Assembly: GCA_963975385.1 (NCBI GenBank)
Contig: CAXBHG010000001.1
Coordinates: forward strand, 4,460-68,459
Source: an uncultured Brevundimonas sp.
GTDB lineage: Bacteria; Pseudomonadota; Alphaproteobacteria; Caulobacterales; Caulobacteraceae
Direction: 5' to 3'
DNA: 64,000 nt
The notes under the pieces are model-generated. The model was not told the DNA's origin. It made no database searches and worked only from the letters and a program-made list of their open reading frames with translations. The stretch's first letter is position 1. Each line of letters opens with the position of its first letter. Positions 53,096-63,156 of the stretch are shown piece by piece. The position numbers and the translations under genes were made by a program.

Positions 53096-53298
53096 GCGCC
53101 GCTACCGCCCGATGACTTCTCATCGGCGCGTCGCAGGATTTCGAGAAATTCGTCGGGCACAGGCTCGTTGACGACCTCGTCGAACATATGCCGCAGCTTG
53201 ACGCCGATGGCCTGCTGACGAAGGCGGGCCTCCTCCAGCCCCGCCTCGCCTTGTGTGGAAGGCGGAGTGCGCCGGGAAGGATTGGAAATTTCATTCAT
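53092..53298 (-). CDS. nepR: Anti-sigma factor NepR
   Basis: IGVKLRHMFDEVVNEPVPDEFLEIL; ATGA overlap with sigT; alternative start 53328. Confidence 0.92.
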   Translation of the reverse strand: MNEISNPSRRTPPSTQGEAGLEEARLRQQAIGVKLRHMFDEVVNEPVPDEFLEILRRADEKSSGGSGA

Positions 53299-53347
53299 TG
53301 AATAAACGGCCGCCACCCAGACATGCATTTGCTTTCAGGATGCCGAC

Positions 53348-53372
53348 AACGCCAGCCCTGCCAACGGGTTCC
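53348..53372 (-). promoter_or_regulatory. Sigma-T promoter for nepR-sigT-phyK
   Basis: Exact GGAAC-N16-CGTT on the minus strand. Confidence 0.88.
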
Positions 53373-53415
53373 TAGATTGCTGTCGATTAATGCTCAAGCT
53401 TCTGCTCCCGGGGCG

Positions 53416-53440
53416 GGAACCGTTGCCGATTGGATACGTT
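53416..53440 (+). promoter_or_regulatory. Sigma-T promoter for phyR
   Basis: Exact GGAAC-N16-CGTT. Confidence 0.88.
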
Positions 53441-53498
53441 GCAAGCAACTGTCGCGCTTCGGAAACGCCGGATCGCCTCACACTGTCGGGGATTACGA

Positions 53499-54293
53499 AT
53501 GAGCCTACTGGCCAGACTGGCACCGCACCTGCCCTACGTTCGGCGCTACGCCCGCGCCCTTACCGGCGACCAGACCACCGGGGACAACTATGTCCGGGTG
53601 GCATTGGAGGCGCTCGCGGCCGGTGAGCGACAGCTGCCCCCGGAAATGACGCCGCGGGTCGCCCTTTACCACGTGTTCCACACCATCTGGGTCTCCACCG
53701 GGGCCAGGCTGGAAGACGGCAGTGGCATGGACACTGGCGAGGACGCCGCGCGGCGGCTGATGCGGATCGCACCGCGTTCGCGCCAGGCTTTTCTGCTGAC
53801 GGCCCTGGAAGGCTTTACGCCCTCCGAGGCGGCCCAGGTGCTGGGATCGGACGCCCATGACGTCGAACGCCTGATCGGCGAGGCCCAGTCCGAGATCGAC
53901 GCCGAACTGGCCACCGACGTCCTGATCATTGAGGACGAGGCCATCATCTCCGCCGATATTGAAAGCCTGGTCACGGAACTGGGCCATCGGGTCACCGGTA
54001 TCGCCACCACCCATGACGAGGCGGTTGACGCCGTGGCCCGTCATCGGCCGGGACTGGTGCTGGCCGATATCCAGCTGGCCGACGGCTCCTCCGGGATCGA
54101 CGCCGTCAAGGATATCCTGAAGCGGGTCGACGTGCCGGTGATCTTCATCACCGCCTTCCCCGAGCGCCTGCTGACCGGCGAGCGTCCGGAGCCGACCTTC
54201 CTGATCACCAAGCCGTTCCAGCCGGAGACGGTCAAGGCGGCGATCAGCCAGGCCCTGTTCTTCCACCCGTCGCGGGAAGCCGCGGACGCCTGA
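53499..54293 (+). CDS. phyR: Anti-anti-sigma factor PhyR (sigma-like plus receiver)
   Basis: HLPYVRRYARALTG, IEDE, LADIQLADGSSG, FITAFPERLLTGERPEP, TKPF. Confidence 0.95.
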   Translation: MSLLARLAPHLPYVRRYARALTGDQTTGDNYVRVALEALAAGERQLPPEMTPRVALYHVFHTIWVSTGARLEDGSGMDTGEDAARRLMRIAPRSRQAFLLTALEGFTPSEAAQVLGSDAHDVERLIGEAQSEIDAELATDVLIIEDEAIISADIESLVTELGHRVTGIATTHDEAVDAVARHRPGLVLADIQLADGSSGIDAVKDILKRVDVPVIFITAFPERLLTGERPEPTFLITKPFQPETVKAAISQALFFHPSREAADA

Positions 54294-54325
54294 CGCGCCG
54301 GGGCGATCATTTTTCGCCTGACAGG

Positions 54326-54350
54326 GGAACGTTTGCGGCGGCTGGCCGTT
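54326..54350 (+). promoter_or_regulatory. Sigma-T promoter for downstream sRNA
   Basis: Exact GGAAC-N16-CGTT. Confidence 0.85.
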
Positions 54351-54356
54351 GGATCG

Positions 54357-54475
54357 ATGCGGAGGCGGCGACGCCCCCCCAACCTTGGGACCGGTGAAAG
54401 CCGGTCTCCCGTCTCCGCGCCTCATTCTCGATGATGCCTACTGGGCGGACCCGTCAGGGTTCGCCCATTTTCTTT
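54357..54475 (+). ncRNA. gsrN: GsrN-like general stress response sRNA (ends approximate)
   Basis: Sigma-T promoter; 5' stem gcggaggcgg/ccgtctccgc enclosing a C7 tract; terminator tgggcggaccc-gtca-gggttcgccca-ttttcttt; adjacent to phyR. Confidence 0.8.
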
Positions 54476-54581
54476 GCGGGATTGCCGATCCGGCGGCCGT
54501 CGGCCCTCGACATGGGGGCTGCCTTCGCCACAATGCAGGCTGCTGAACATGTCGCCTCGCGAGCGAACAGGGAGAACTGTG

Positions 54582-55604
54582 ATGACGCAGGTGAACCGTC
54601 AGTGGGTCCTCCGCCAGCGGCCCAAGGGCCTGGTCAAGGCCGGAGATCTGGAACTGGTCGAAAGCCCGATCCCGGACCTGAAGGAAAACGAGGTACTGGT
54701 TCGCACCGTCTACCTGTCGCTTGACCCGACCAACCGCACGTGGATGAACGACGTCGAAGGCTATCTGCCGGCCGTCGCCATTGGCGATGTGATGCGGGGT
54801 CTGACCCTGGGCGTCGTCGAGCAGAGCCGGTCGAACCGGTTCCGGCTGGGCGACATCGTCTCGCCGGTCTCGGGCGGCTGGGCCGACTATGCCGCCGTGC
54901 ATGAACAGGGCCTGCGTCAGGTTCACCGGGCCGCCGGCCTGCCCCTGACCGCCAATCTTTCCGTGATCGGCATGACCGGCATGACCGCCTATTTCGGTGT
55001 CACCGACGTGCTCAAGGCGAAGGCGGGCGAGACGCTCGTGATCTCGGCCGCCGCCGGGGCTGTCGGATCCATCGCCGGCCAGATCGCCAAATTGCGCGGC
55101 GCGCGCGTGATCGGTATCGCCGGCGGTGCGGACAAATGCCGCTGGCTGACCGAGGAGCTCGGCTTCGATGCGGCCATCGACTACAAGAATGAGGATGTCG
55201 GCGAGGCCCTGGACCGCCTGGCACCGGATGGCATCGACCTCAATTTCGAGAATGTCGGCGGCGACATCATGATCGCGGTCTGGAACCGGTTGAAGCCGCA
55301 CGCCCGAATGGCGGTGTGCGGCCTGATTTCGGCCTATAATGCGACCAGGCCGCCGCCCTCGCCGAATTTCTCGCGCATCATCACCCACCGGCTCAACGTC
55401 CAGGGATTCCTGGTGCTCGACTACGTCCCCCGCGCCCGCGAAATGGTCGCCGAGATGGGGCCGTGGCTGGTCGACGGGGCGATCAAATGGAAGGTCCATG
55501 TCGATGACGGACTCGAGGGGGCCGTCGATTCCCTGAACCGGCTGTTCACCGGGGATCATGACGGCAAGCTGCTGGTCCGTGTGTCCGAAGAACCGGCCGG
55601 TTGA
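54582..55604 (+). CDS. NADP-dependent oxidoreductase (CurA/prostaglandin reductase-like)
   Basis: YLSLDP..R.WM, GMTGMTAYFG, AAAGAVG, FENVGG, CGLISAYN. Confidence 0.9.
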   Translation: MTQVNRQWVLRQRPKGLVKAGDLELVESPIPDLKENEVLVRTVYLSLDPTNRTWMNDVEGYLPAVAIGDVMRGLTLGVVEQSRSNRFRLGDIVSPVSGGWADYAAVHEQGLRQVHRAAGLPLTANLSVIGMTGMTAYFGVTDVLKAKAGETLVISAAAGAVGSIAGQIAKLRGARVIGIAGGADKCRWLTEELGFDAAIDYKNEDVGEALDRLAPDGIDLNFENVGGDIMIAVWNRLKPHARMAVCGLISAYNATRPPPSPNFSRIITHRLNVQGFLVLDYVPRAREMVAEMGPWLVDGAIKWKVHVDDGLEGAVDSLNRLFTGDHDGKLLVRVSEEPAG

Positions 55605-55617
55605 CGGGGGCAGACCG

Positions 55618-56025
55618 ATGAGCGATCCGCTGCACATTCACTATGAGGACGTGGCCGTCGGTGAGGTCATGCCGCTGGGAGCCTGTGCCGTCGACGCAGG
55701 GGCCATGGCGCTGTTCGTCGAGCGGTTCGCGCCGGGCTGGGACACTGCCTATGGCGCGCCCGATGCCATGGTCTATGCGCTGTGGAGCCGGCTGGCCGCC
55801 GACAAGTCCGCGGGCTGGGCCCAGAGCAAGGTGCTGGCCGTCGACGGTCTGCGCTTCATGCGCAATCCGCCGACGGGCGAGCTGATGCGGGGCCGGATGA
55901 CGGTGATGGGCAAGGACCCGGTCGGCGACGACAAGGGCATTGTCATCGCCCAGCATGACCTGCTGGACGAGGCGGGGCGGCTGGTCTTCTCGTGCCTGAC
56001 CCGGGCCCTGTTCGCCCGGCGCTAG
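55618..56025 (+). CDS. MaoC-like hot-dog fold protein
   Basis: HYEDVAVG, VDGLRF..P..G, terminal strands; lacks the usual DPQPFH segment. Confidence 0.65.
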   Translation: MSDPLHIHYEDVAVGEVMPLGACAVDAGAMALFVERFAPGWDTAYGAPDAMVYALWSRLAADKSAGWAQSKVLAVDGLRFMRNPPTGELMRGRMTVMGKDPVGDDKGIVIAQHDLLDEAGRLVFSCLTRALFARR

Positions 56026-56046
56026 ACCGGCGTCGGCACCGGACAG

Positions 56047-56089
56047 AAAACCGCCCCGCCCGGTGAACCGGACGGGGCGTCTTCATTTC
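56047..56089. terminator. Probable bidirectional terminator
   Basis: aaaa-c-cgccccgcccgg-tgaa-ccggacggggcg-tcttcatttc between convergent genes. Confidence 0.7.
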
Positions 56090-56138
56090 AGACCCTGTCG
56101 CCGGCCCCGGATCAGCTCCGGAGCCCGGCGGGACGGCC

Positions 56139-56933
56139 TCAGGCGTTGGCGGCGGCCGGCGTCTGGGCCGCGCGCTGGAAGGTCATGGCGATCAGACGAT
56201 CCCAGCCCAGCAGCGACACCAGGTGGGCGTAGATCTGGCCCAGGGCACCGTTGTCACGCAGCTCGGCCAGCTTCTTGGCCGGCAGGGCCTTCAGCTTCTC
56301 TTCCGAGACGGCGTAGTAGTCGGCCAGCTTCTGCGGCGTGCCGGCGGTGCCGTCGGGATTGCGCGGCGTGAACACCGCGTCGCGGGTTTCCAGCAGGTCC
56401 ATGTCCGTCAGCAGCTTGATGAAGGCTTCGGTCCGCATCCGCTCCTGCTCGAAATTGTTGCAGAATTCCATGGCCTGTTGCGTGTAGGCGCTCGGCTTGC
56501 CGTCCTCGAACAGGGCCGTGGAGCCGCCTTCCTTGACGAATTCAGCGGCGCGATCGATGCACAGGATCATGCGCTTCTGCGCGTCGTCATTGGCGAAGAC
56601 GAACGGATAGCGGCGGACATAGGCCGGGATATAGGCTTCGGCCCGGAATTCGCCGGTCGGATCGATGAACAGGTTCTCGGTGGGGCGCAGGCCCATGACT
56701 GCGACGGGCTGACGCGACTCGCCGACGAAGATCACCGGATAGGACAGGGCCGCCGGGGCGAACTCGGTCACGGTCAGCGGTACGACATGGCTCTTGGCCA
56801 CGAAGGCATAGGGTTTGTCGACCGGGTCGACGCCCAGCTTGCCATGGTTTTCAGCGGAGAGCGGCTCGGGCTTCTCATAGAACAGGACGCTGCCGGCCAG
56901 CCCTTCGGAAGTATTTGCAGTTGTGTCAGTCAT
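56139..56933 (-). CDS. SapC family protein
   Basis: EFAPAALSYPVIF, NLFI, YIPAYVRRYPF, IYAHLVSL. Confidence 0.85.
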   Translation of the reverse strand: MTDTTANTSEGLAGSVLFYEKPEPLSAENHGKLGVDPVDKPYAFVAKSHVVPLTVTEFAPAALSYPVIFVGESRQPVAVMGLRPTENLFIDPTGEFRAEAYIPAYVRRYPFVFANDDAQKRMILCIDRAAEFVKEGGSTALFEDGKPSAYTQQAMEFCNNFEQERMRTEAFIKLLTDMDLLETRDAVFTPRNPDGTAGTPQKLADYYAVSEEKLKALPAKKLAELRDNGALGQIYAHLVSLLGWDRLIAMTFQRAAQTPAAANA

Positions 56934-57069
56934 GGACGCGATCAGGCCCCGGAATTAAAGGAAGGACGGGTTCTAGCCCAGACCTGCCCGTGCGGCAAAC
57001 AGGGTCTCGCCGGTGGCGAGCATCTTGGTAAATGCCTGCCCGTAAAAGGGATTCGACAGCTGTTTGAAT

Positions 57070-59085
57070 CTAGAACCGGTAGGTGATTCCCACCCGCAGG
57101 TTGCGGCCGGGCAGTGGCGCGATGTCCTTGAGGAACGAGGCGTGCTCGCGTGCCTCGGCATTGGTCAGGTTGTGCAGCTCGCCGAAGACCGTGAGATTGC
57201 GGTCGGCGAACGGATGCAGGGAGCCGGACAGATTGACCATCGTATAGCCGTCGGTCGGCAGTTCGAAGTCCGTGACCCGGTCCTGTTCGCCGACGCGCCG
57301 CACCTCCAGGGTCGCGTCGACCCGGCGTGACGCCCAGGCCAGCCGCGTCGCCGCCGACCAGGGGGGGATGCGGGCGGCGGGGCCGAAATCAGTCTGGGCC
57401 CGCACCATGTCCGCTGTCCCCGACAGGGTCAGGCTGCGGTCGCCGTCGACCCAGAGGTCATAGCTGGCCTCGGCCTCGAAGCCACGGAAGTCGGCGTCGG
57501 TCTGGACATAGTCGAAGATCGGCAGGCCGGAAGCGAAGTCGTCCACCCCGGTCGGCCGCAGGTCGATGAAGCCGTTATAGCGGGCCGCATAGACGTGCAG
57601 GTCGGCGCTCAGTCGGCCGGAACCGAAATGCATTGTGCCCTCGATCGAGGTCGCGACCTCGCTGTCGAACGTCGCGTCGCCGCGCTCATAGGCACCGGTG
57701 GCGATGTGGGCCCCGTCCGCGAACAGTTCCACCTCGCCGGGCGCGCGCGCATTGCGGGCGACGGTCAGGCCCAGGAAGAGGGCGCGCGTCGGCCGCACGA
57801 ACAGCCCGGCCGAAGCCGAAACATTGTCGAATGACCGGTCGACGGCAGGGCTTTCCACGCGGCGGCTGTCGAAGCGGATCCCGCCCTCCACGCCGTAGCC
57901 GTCGCGATCCAGACGCTGCACGGTATAGAGGCCGTGTTCACGGGTGGTGGTCCGCGGCACATAGGCTTCGTCGCCCACCGAGTCGAAATCCCGGTCCAGC
58001 ACCTGACCGCCGATGACGCCCTGCCAGCCGTCGCGCGAACGCTGGATCAGCTCCAGCCGTGCCTCATGGCCGCTGGAATGGAAGACGGTGCCGACGTCCG
58101 GCCCCTCGAACTCGGTGTGGGTATAGTCGGCGTAGGCCGCGCCCAGCCGGACCTTGTCGAACCAGGCTCCATCCAGTGCGTGCTCACCGCGCACATCATA
58201 GCGGGTCTGTTCCAGATCGATCGTCACATCGGGCTCGGCGACGGTGCCGTAGGTCGACCGGGTCGTCTTGACCGAGCCGCCGAAATAGCCGTCGTCGCCG
58301 ACCCAGGACAGGCCGGCACCGACCTGGTCGATTTCGGATGCGCTGTTGGTCACCGCCGATGGTCCGTCGCGCGACACGCCCAGGGCATCGGCCAGGCGTT
58401 GCGACATGGCCGGACCGGAGATTTCGTAGTCGTCGCTCTGATGGCTGTAGCCGTCGAGGGTAAACACCATCGCGCCGATGTTGGTCTTCAGGCTCGCACC
58501 CGCACCGCGGCCGTCATCGACGCTGGACACCTGGGTCGAGACGTGGCCGTCGAGGCCGTTCTCCGCCCGGCTGGTCGGCACCCGCTCGTCGATGATGTTG
58601 ACCACCCCGCCGATCGCGGACCCGCCGAACACCAGGGTCGAGGGGCCGCGCACGATCTCGATGCGGCTGGCTTCGGCCGGGTCGACGGCGACCTGATGAT
58701 CGGGGGAAACCGAACTGGCGTCGATCAGCCCAAGCCCGTTGGTCAGCACCTGGACGCGCGGCCCGGCCAGGCCCCGGATCACCGGCCGGCTGGCCCCGGG
58801 GGCAAAGCTGGAGCTGCGCACGCCCGGCAGGCCATTGACCAGATCCCCCAGGGTCGCCGCCGGGGCCACGGCCAGCTGTTCCGCGTCCAGCACCTCGACC
58901 GCCAGCAGGCTGGCGCGATCGGTCACCCCGAACGGTGTCCCGGTGATGATGACGTCCTCGACCCGGACCGTGTCGGGCGGAGTGTCGGCTGCCCGCGGCG
59001 GGGTCTGGGCCAGGGCGCTGCCACACAGGGCGGCCCAACCGGTGGCGGTCAGAAGCAGGACTCTGGAGGAGCGGGTCAGACGCAT
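57070..59085 (-). CDS. TonB-dependent receptor, ZnuD-like (zinc uptake)
   Basis: ASRPVIRG, VSPDH plug His, YTHTE, ELFADGAHIAT, PLPGRN, terminal Phe; Zur box upstream. Confidence 0.88.
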   Translation of the reverse strand: MRLTRSSRVLLLTATGWAALCGSALAQTPPRAADTPPDTVRVEDVIITGTPFGVTDRASLLAVEVLDAEQLAVAPAATLGDLVNGLPGVRSSSFAPGASRPVIRGLAGPRVQVLTNGLGLIDASSVSPDHQVAVDPAEASRIEIVRGPSTLVFGGSAIGGVVNIIDERVPTSRAENGLDGHVSTQVSSVDDGRGAGASLKTNIGAMVFTLDGYSHQSDDYEISGPAMSQRLADALGVSRDGPSAVTNSASEIDQVGAGLSWVGDDGYFGGSVKTTRSTYGTVAEPDVTIDLEQTRYDVRGEHALDGAWFDKVRLGAAYADYTHTEFEGPDVGTVFHSSGHEARLELIQRSRDGWQGVIGGQVLDRDFDSVGDEAYVPRTTTREHGLYTVQRLDRDGYGVEGGIRFDSRRVESPAVDRSFDNVSASAGLFVRPTRALFLGLTVARNARAPGEVELFADGAHIATGAYERGDATFDSEVATSIEGTMHFGSGRLSADLHVYAARYNGFIDLRPTGVDDFASGLPIFDYVQTDADFRGFEAEASYDLWVDGDRSLTLSGTADMVRAQTDFGPAARIPPWSAATRLAWASRRVDATLEVRRVGEQDRVTDFELPTDGYTMVNLSGSLHPFADRNLTVFGELHNLTNAEAREHASFLKDIAPLPGRNLRVGITYRF

Positions 59086-59114
59086 GGGGAGATACTCGGC
59101 GAGAGGAGGCTTAG

Positions 59115-59129
59115 TGTTATGAGATAACA
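59115..59129. promoter_or_regulatory. Zur box
   Basis: Palindrome TGTTAT-GAG-ATAACA between the TBDR and the Fur-family regulator. Confidence 0.8.
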
Positions 59130-59188
59130 TCACAGCAGGTCAAGGCCAGGATATTGCGGGACCGGGCCCGACCGACTAGCTGTGTCCC

Positions 59189-59674
59189 ATGGGCGACACC
59201 TGCGAACACGATCATGCTGTCAGCGGTCCGGGGCCCGCGGCCGTAAGCGCGGCGGTGGCCCGGGCGACGGCGCGCTGCCAGGCTGACGGCGAACGGATGA
59301 CGGCCCCGCGCCGCCGGGTTCTGGCCCAGCTGCTGGCCGCCGGCGAACCGATGAAGGCCTATGATCTGATCGCCGGCTATGGCGAGGACGGCCAGGCCGC
59401 CAAGCCGCCGACCGTCTATCGCGCGCTGGAATTCCTCGAACGCCGCGGCCTGGCCCATCGCATCGCCTCGATCAGTGCCTATGTGGCCTGCAGCGGCGGC
59501 GACCAGGCCCATGCCGCGGCCTTTCTGATCTGCGACTGCTGCGGCGCGACCGAGGAGGTCACCCCGGGGGCCGCCGACGGTCTGACCCGGGCTGCCGCGG
59601 CCGCCGGCTACCGGATCGAGCGCACCACCATCGAGGCCCACGGCCTCTGCCCCGGCTGCAGCGCCGGCGCATGA
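59189..59674 (+). CDS. zur: Zinc uptake regulator (Fur family)
   Basis: CEHDH N-terminus, KAYDL, PPTVYRALEFL, HRIAS, FLICDCC, HGLCPGC. Confidence 0.9.
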   Translation: MGDTCEHDHAVSGPGPAAVSAAVARATARCQADGERMTAPRRRVLAQLLAAGEPMKAYDLIAGYGEDGQAAKPPTVYRALEFLERRGLAHRIASISAYVACSGGDQAHAAAFLICDCCGATEEVTPGAADGLTRAAAAAGYRIERTTIEAHGLCPGCSAGA

Positions 59675-59721
59675 CCCTGGGGAAACTGGCGCGGCGACCG
59701 GCAAGCGCCTAACTGGAAGGG

Positions 59722-60612
59722 ATGGACGCCATCCGCCTTTCCCCACCCCGCCGCCTCAGCCTGCCGGTGACCAACCGCTGGGGCGAGGGCCGGATGGCCG
59801 TGCTGGATTTCGGCGACATCGACCGTCCCGTCGACCTGGTCTTCGTCCATGCCAACGGCTTCAACGCCCTGACCTGTCGCAGTCTGCTGGCCCCGCTGTC
59901 GGGATCGTTGCGGCTGTGGGCCCCGGACCTGCGCGGCCACGGCGGCACAACCCTGCCGGCCGACCCGCGCGGACGTCGCAGCTGGGCCGATCATCGTGAC
60001 GACCTGATCGCCCTGCTGGAGGCGATCGACGGGCCGCCGGTGGTTCTGGCCGGCCACTCCATGGGAGCCACCAGCGCGCTTCTGGCCGCCGCCGAACGGC
60101 CGGACCGTGTCTCGAAACTGGTGCTGTTCGATCCGGTGATCTGGAACCGCTGGGCGGTGGCCGCCTTTCAGCTGCCGCTGCTTGACCGGCTCGCATCCCG
60201 TATCCCCCTGGTCAAGGCGGCACTCCGCCGCCGCGCCGTCTTCGACAGTCGCGAACAGGCCATGGCCGCCTATACCGGCCGCGGGGCCTTCAGGGGCTGG
60301 CCGGAGATGATGCTGGCCGACTATCTGGTCGACGGGCTTGTCGAGACCGATGCCGGCTTTACCCTGGCCTGCGCCCCGGAATGGGAGGCCTCCAACTACG
60401 CGGCCCAGAGTCACGACCCGTGGCGGGCCCTGCGACAATTCGACCGCCCGGTGCGAATTCTGCGCGGCGAGACCGGCTCGACCTGTCGCATGCCCGATCA
60501 GCCGCGCGGCCTGCCGCATGTGACGGTCGAGACCGTGCCCGGCGCGACCCATTTCCTGCCCATGCTGCGCCCCGACATCGCCCGCGACGCCCTGTTCGAC
60601 GCGGCTGTCTAG
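59722..60612 (+). CDS. Alpha/beta fold hydrolase
   Basis: HANGF, DLRGHG, GHSMG, THFLPM. Confidence 0.88.
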   Translation: MDAIRLSPPRRLSLPVTNRWGEGRMAVLDFGDIDRPVDLVFVHANGFNALTCRSLLAPLSGSLRLWAPDLRGHGGTTLPADPRGRRSWADHRDDLIALLEAIDGPPVVLAGHSMGATSALLAAAERPDRVSKLVLFDPVIWNRWAVAAFQLPLLDRLASRIPLVKAALRRRAVFDSREQAMAAYTGRGAFRGWPEMMLADYLVDGLVETDAGFTLACAPEWEASNYAAQSHDPWRALRQFDRPVRILRGETGSTCRMPDQPRGLPHVTVETVPGATHFLPMLRPDIARDALFDAAV

Positions 60613-60684
60613 ACTGGCGTTGGCGGACTCCGGGCGCTAGACCGCCTCAAGGCACGAACACAACGCTTCCAGGGAAACGCCATC

Positions 60685-62187
<1,503 letters not shown>

Positions 62188-62295
62188 TGCCCCGCGCCGG
62201 CCCGCTCCCGGGGGGTAATCCCCCGGGGTTCGGGGCCGGCCCATTCGGTGCTAAGGGTTAACGGGCCTGAACCGTGAAGCAGGAGTGCTCCCCGT

Positions 62296-63150
62296 ATGCG
62301 TCGCTTTTTCATCTGGTCGGCGTTGGCCGCCCTGATCGGCCTGCTTCTCGCCGGCGGTGGCTACTGGGCCTACTGGACCTACTACGCCCGCTTCCAGCCG
62401 GTGGTGATCGCCACCCACCAGGCCGAGATCCAGCGTCTGCTGGACGAGGCGTCATGGCTGTCCGCCGGCGGCGGCGGCGAGCCCCTCTATATCATCGGCT
62501 ATCGCGACTCGGCCGCCATGCAGCGCTATGAGCGCGACGAGGTGCCCAAGCTGCGCGCTGCCGGGGTCGAGGCCCGGATCATCGTTTTCGCCCGTCCCGA
62601 TCGTGAGGGTCTGGCCCAGTCCACGGCGGCCGAGCGGGCGACCGTGGCCGAGCTGTGGCTGACCCGCGACTGGGCCCTGTACCAGCGCTGGACCGCCACC
62701 CCGACCAGTTCCTGGAGCGCGGCGGGCATTCCGGCGGCGGACGGCAATCTGGCCCGCGCGGCGGTGGTCGAGGCCGGGCGGGCCTTCGCCTCGCGGCTGA
62801 CGGCCGCGCTGAAGTCGGAGGGTCTGGGGACCGGCTATCCGCTGATCGTCTGGCGTGATCGTGAGGGCTTCATGAAGGCCTGCGCCTGCAATGACAGCCG
62901 ATCCTGGGCCTTTATCCGCGACGACCTCAATGCGCCCGACCGGATCGCGGCCTCCGGCTCCGGCGAGCCTGCGCCGGTGACGCCGGGCGTATCCCCCGAG
63001 AGCCTGCCCTATCCGACCCTGCCGCCGCTGGCTCCGGCCGGGGACGAGGTCACGGCGACCCCCAGCCCGGCCCCGGCGGCTCCGGCCACCCCGCCGGCAC
63101 CGCGTGCGCCGCCCCAGGCCACCAAACAGGACGACGCCACCTTCTTCTGA
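62296..63150 (+). CDS. Membrane-anchored hypothetical protein, possible thioredoxin-like fold, Pro-rich tail
   Basis: AGGAG SD, N-terminal TM, GYP, CAC, Pro/Ala-rich C-terminus. Confidence 0.7.
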   Translation: MRRFFIWSALAALIGLLLAGGGYWAYWTYYARFQPVVIATHQAEIQRLLDEASWLSAGGGGEPLYIIGYRDSAAMQRYERDEVPKLRAAGVEARIIVFARPDREGLAQSTAAERATVAELWLTRDWALYQRWTATPTSSWSAAGIPAADGNLARAAVVEAGRAFASRLTAALKSEGLGTGYPLIVWRDREGFMKACACNDSRSWAFIRDDLNAPDRIAASGSGEPAPVTPGVSPESLPYPTLPPLAPAGDEVTATPSPAPAAPATPPAPRAPPQATKQDDATFF

Positions 63151-63156
63151 CGCGGC

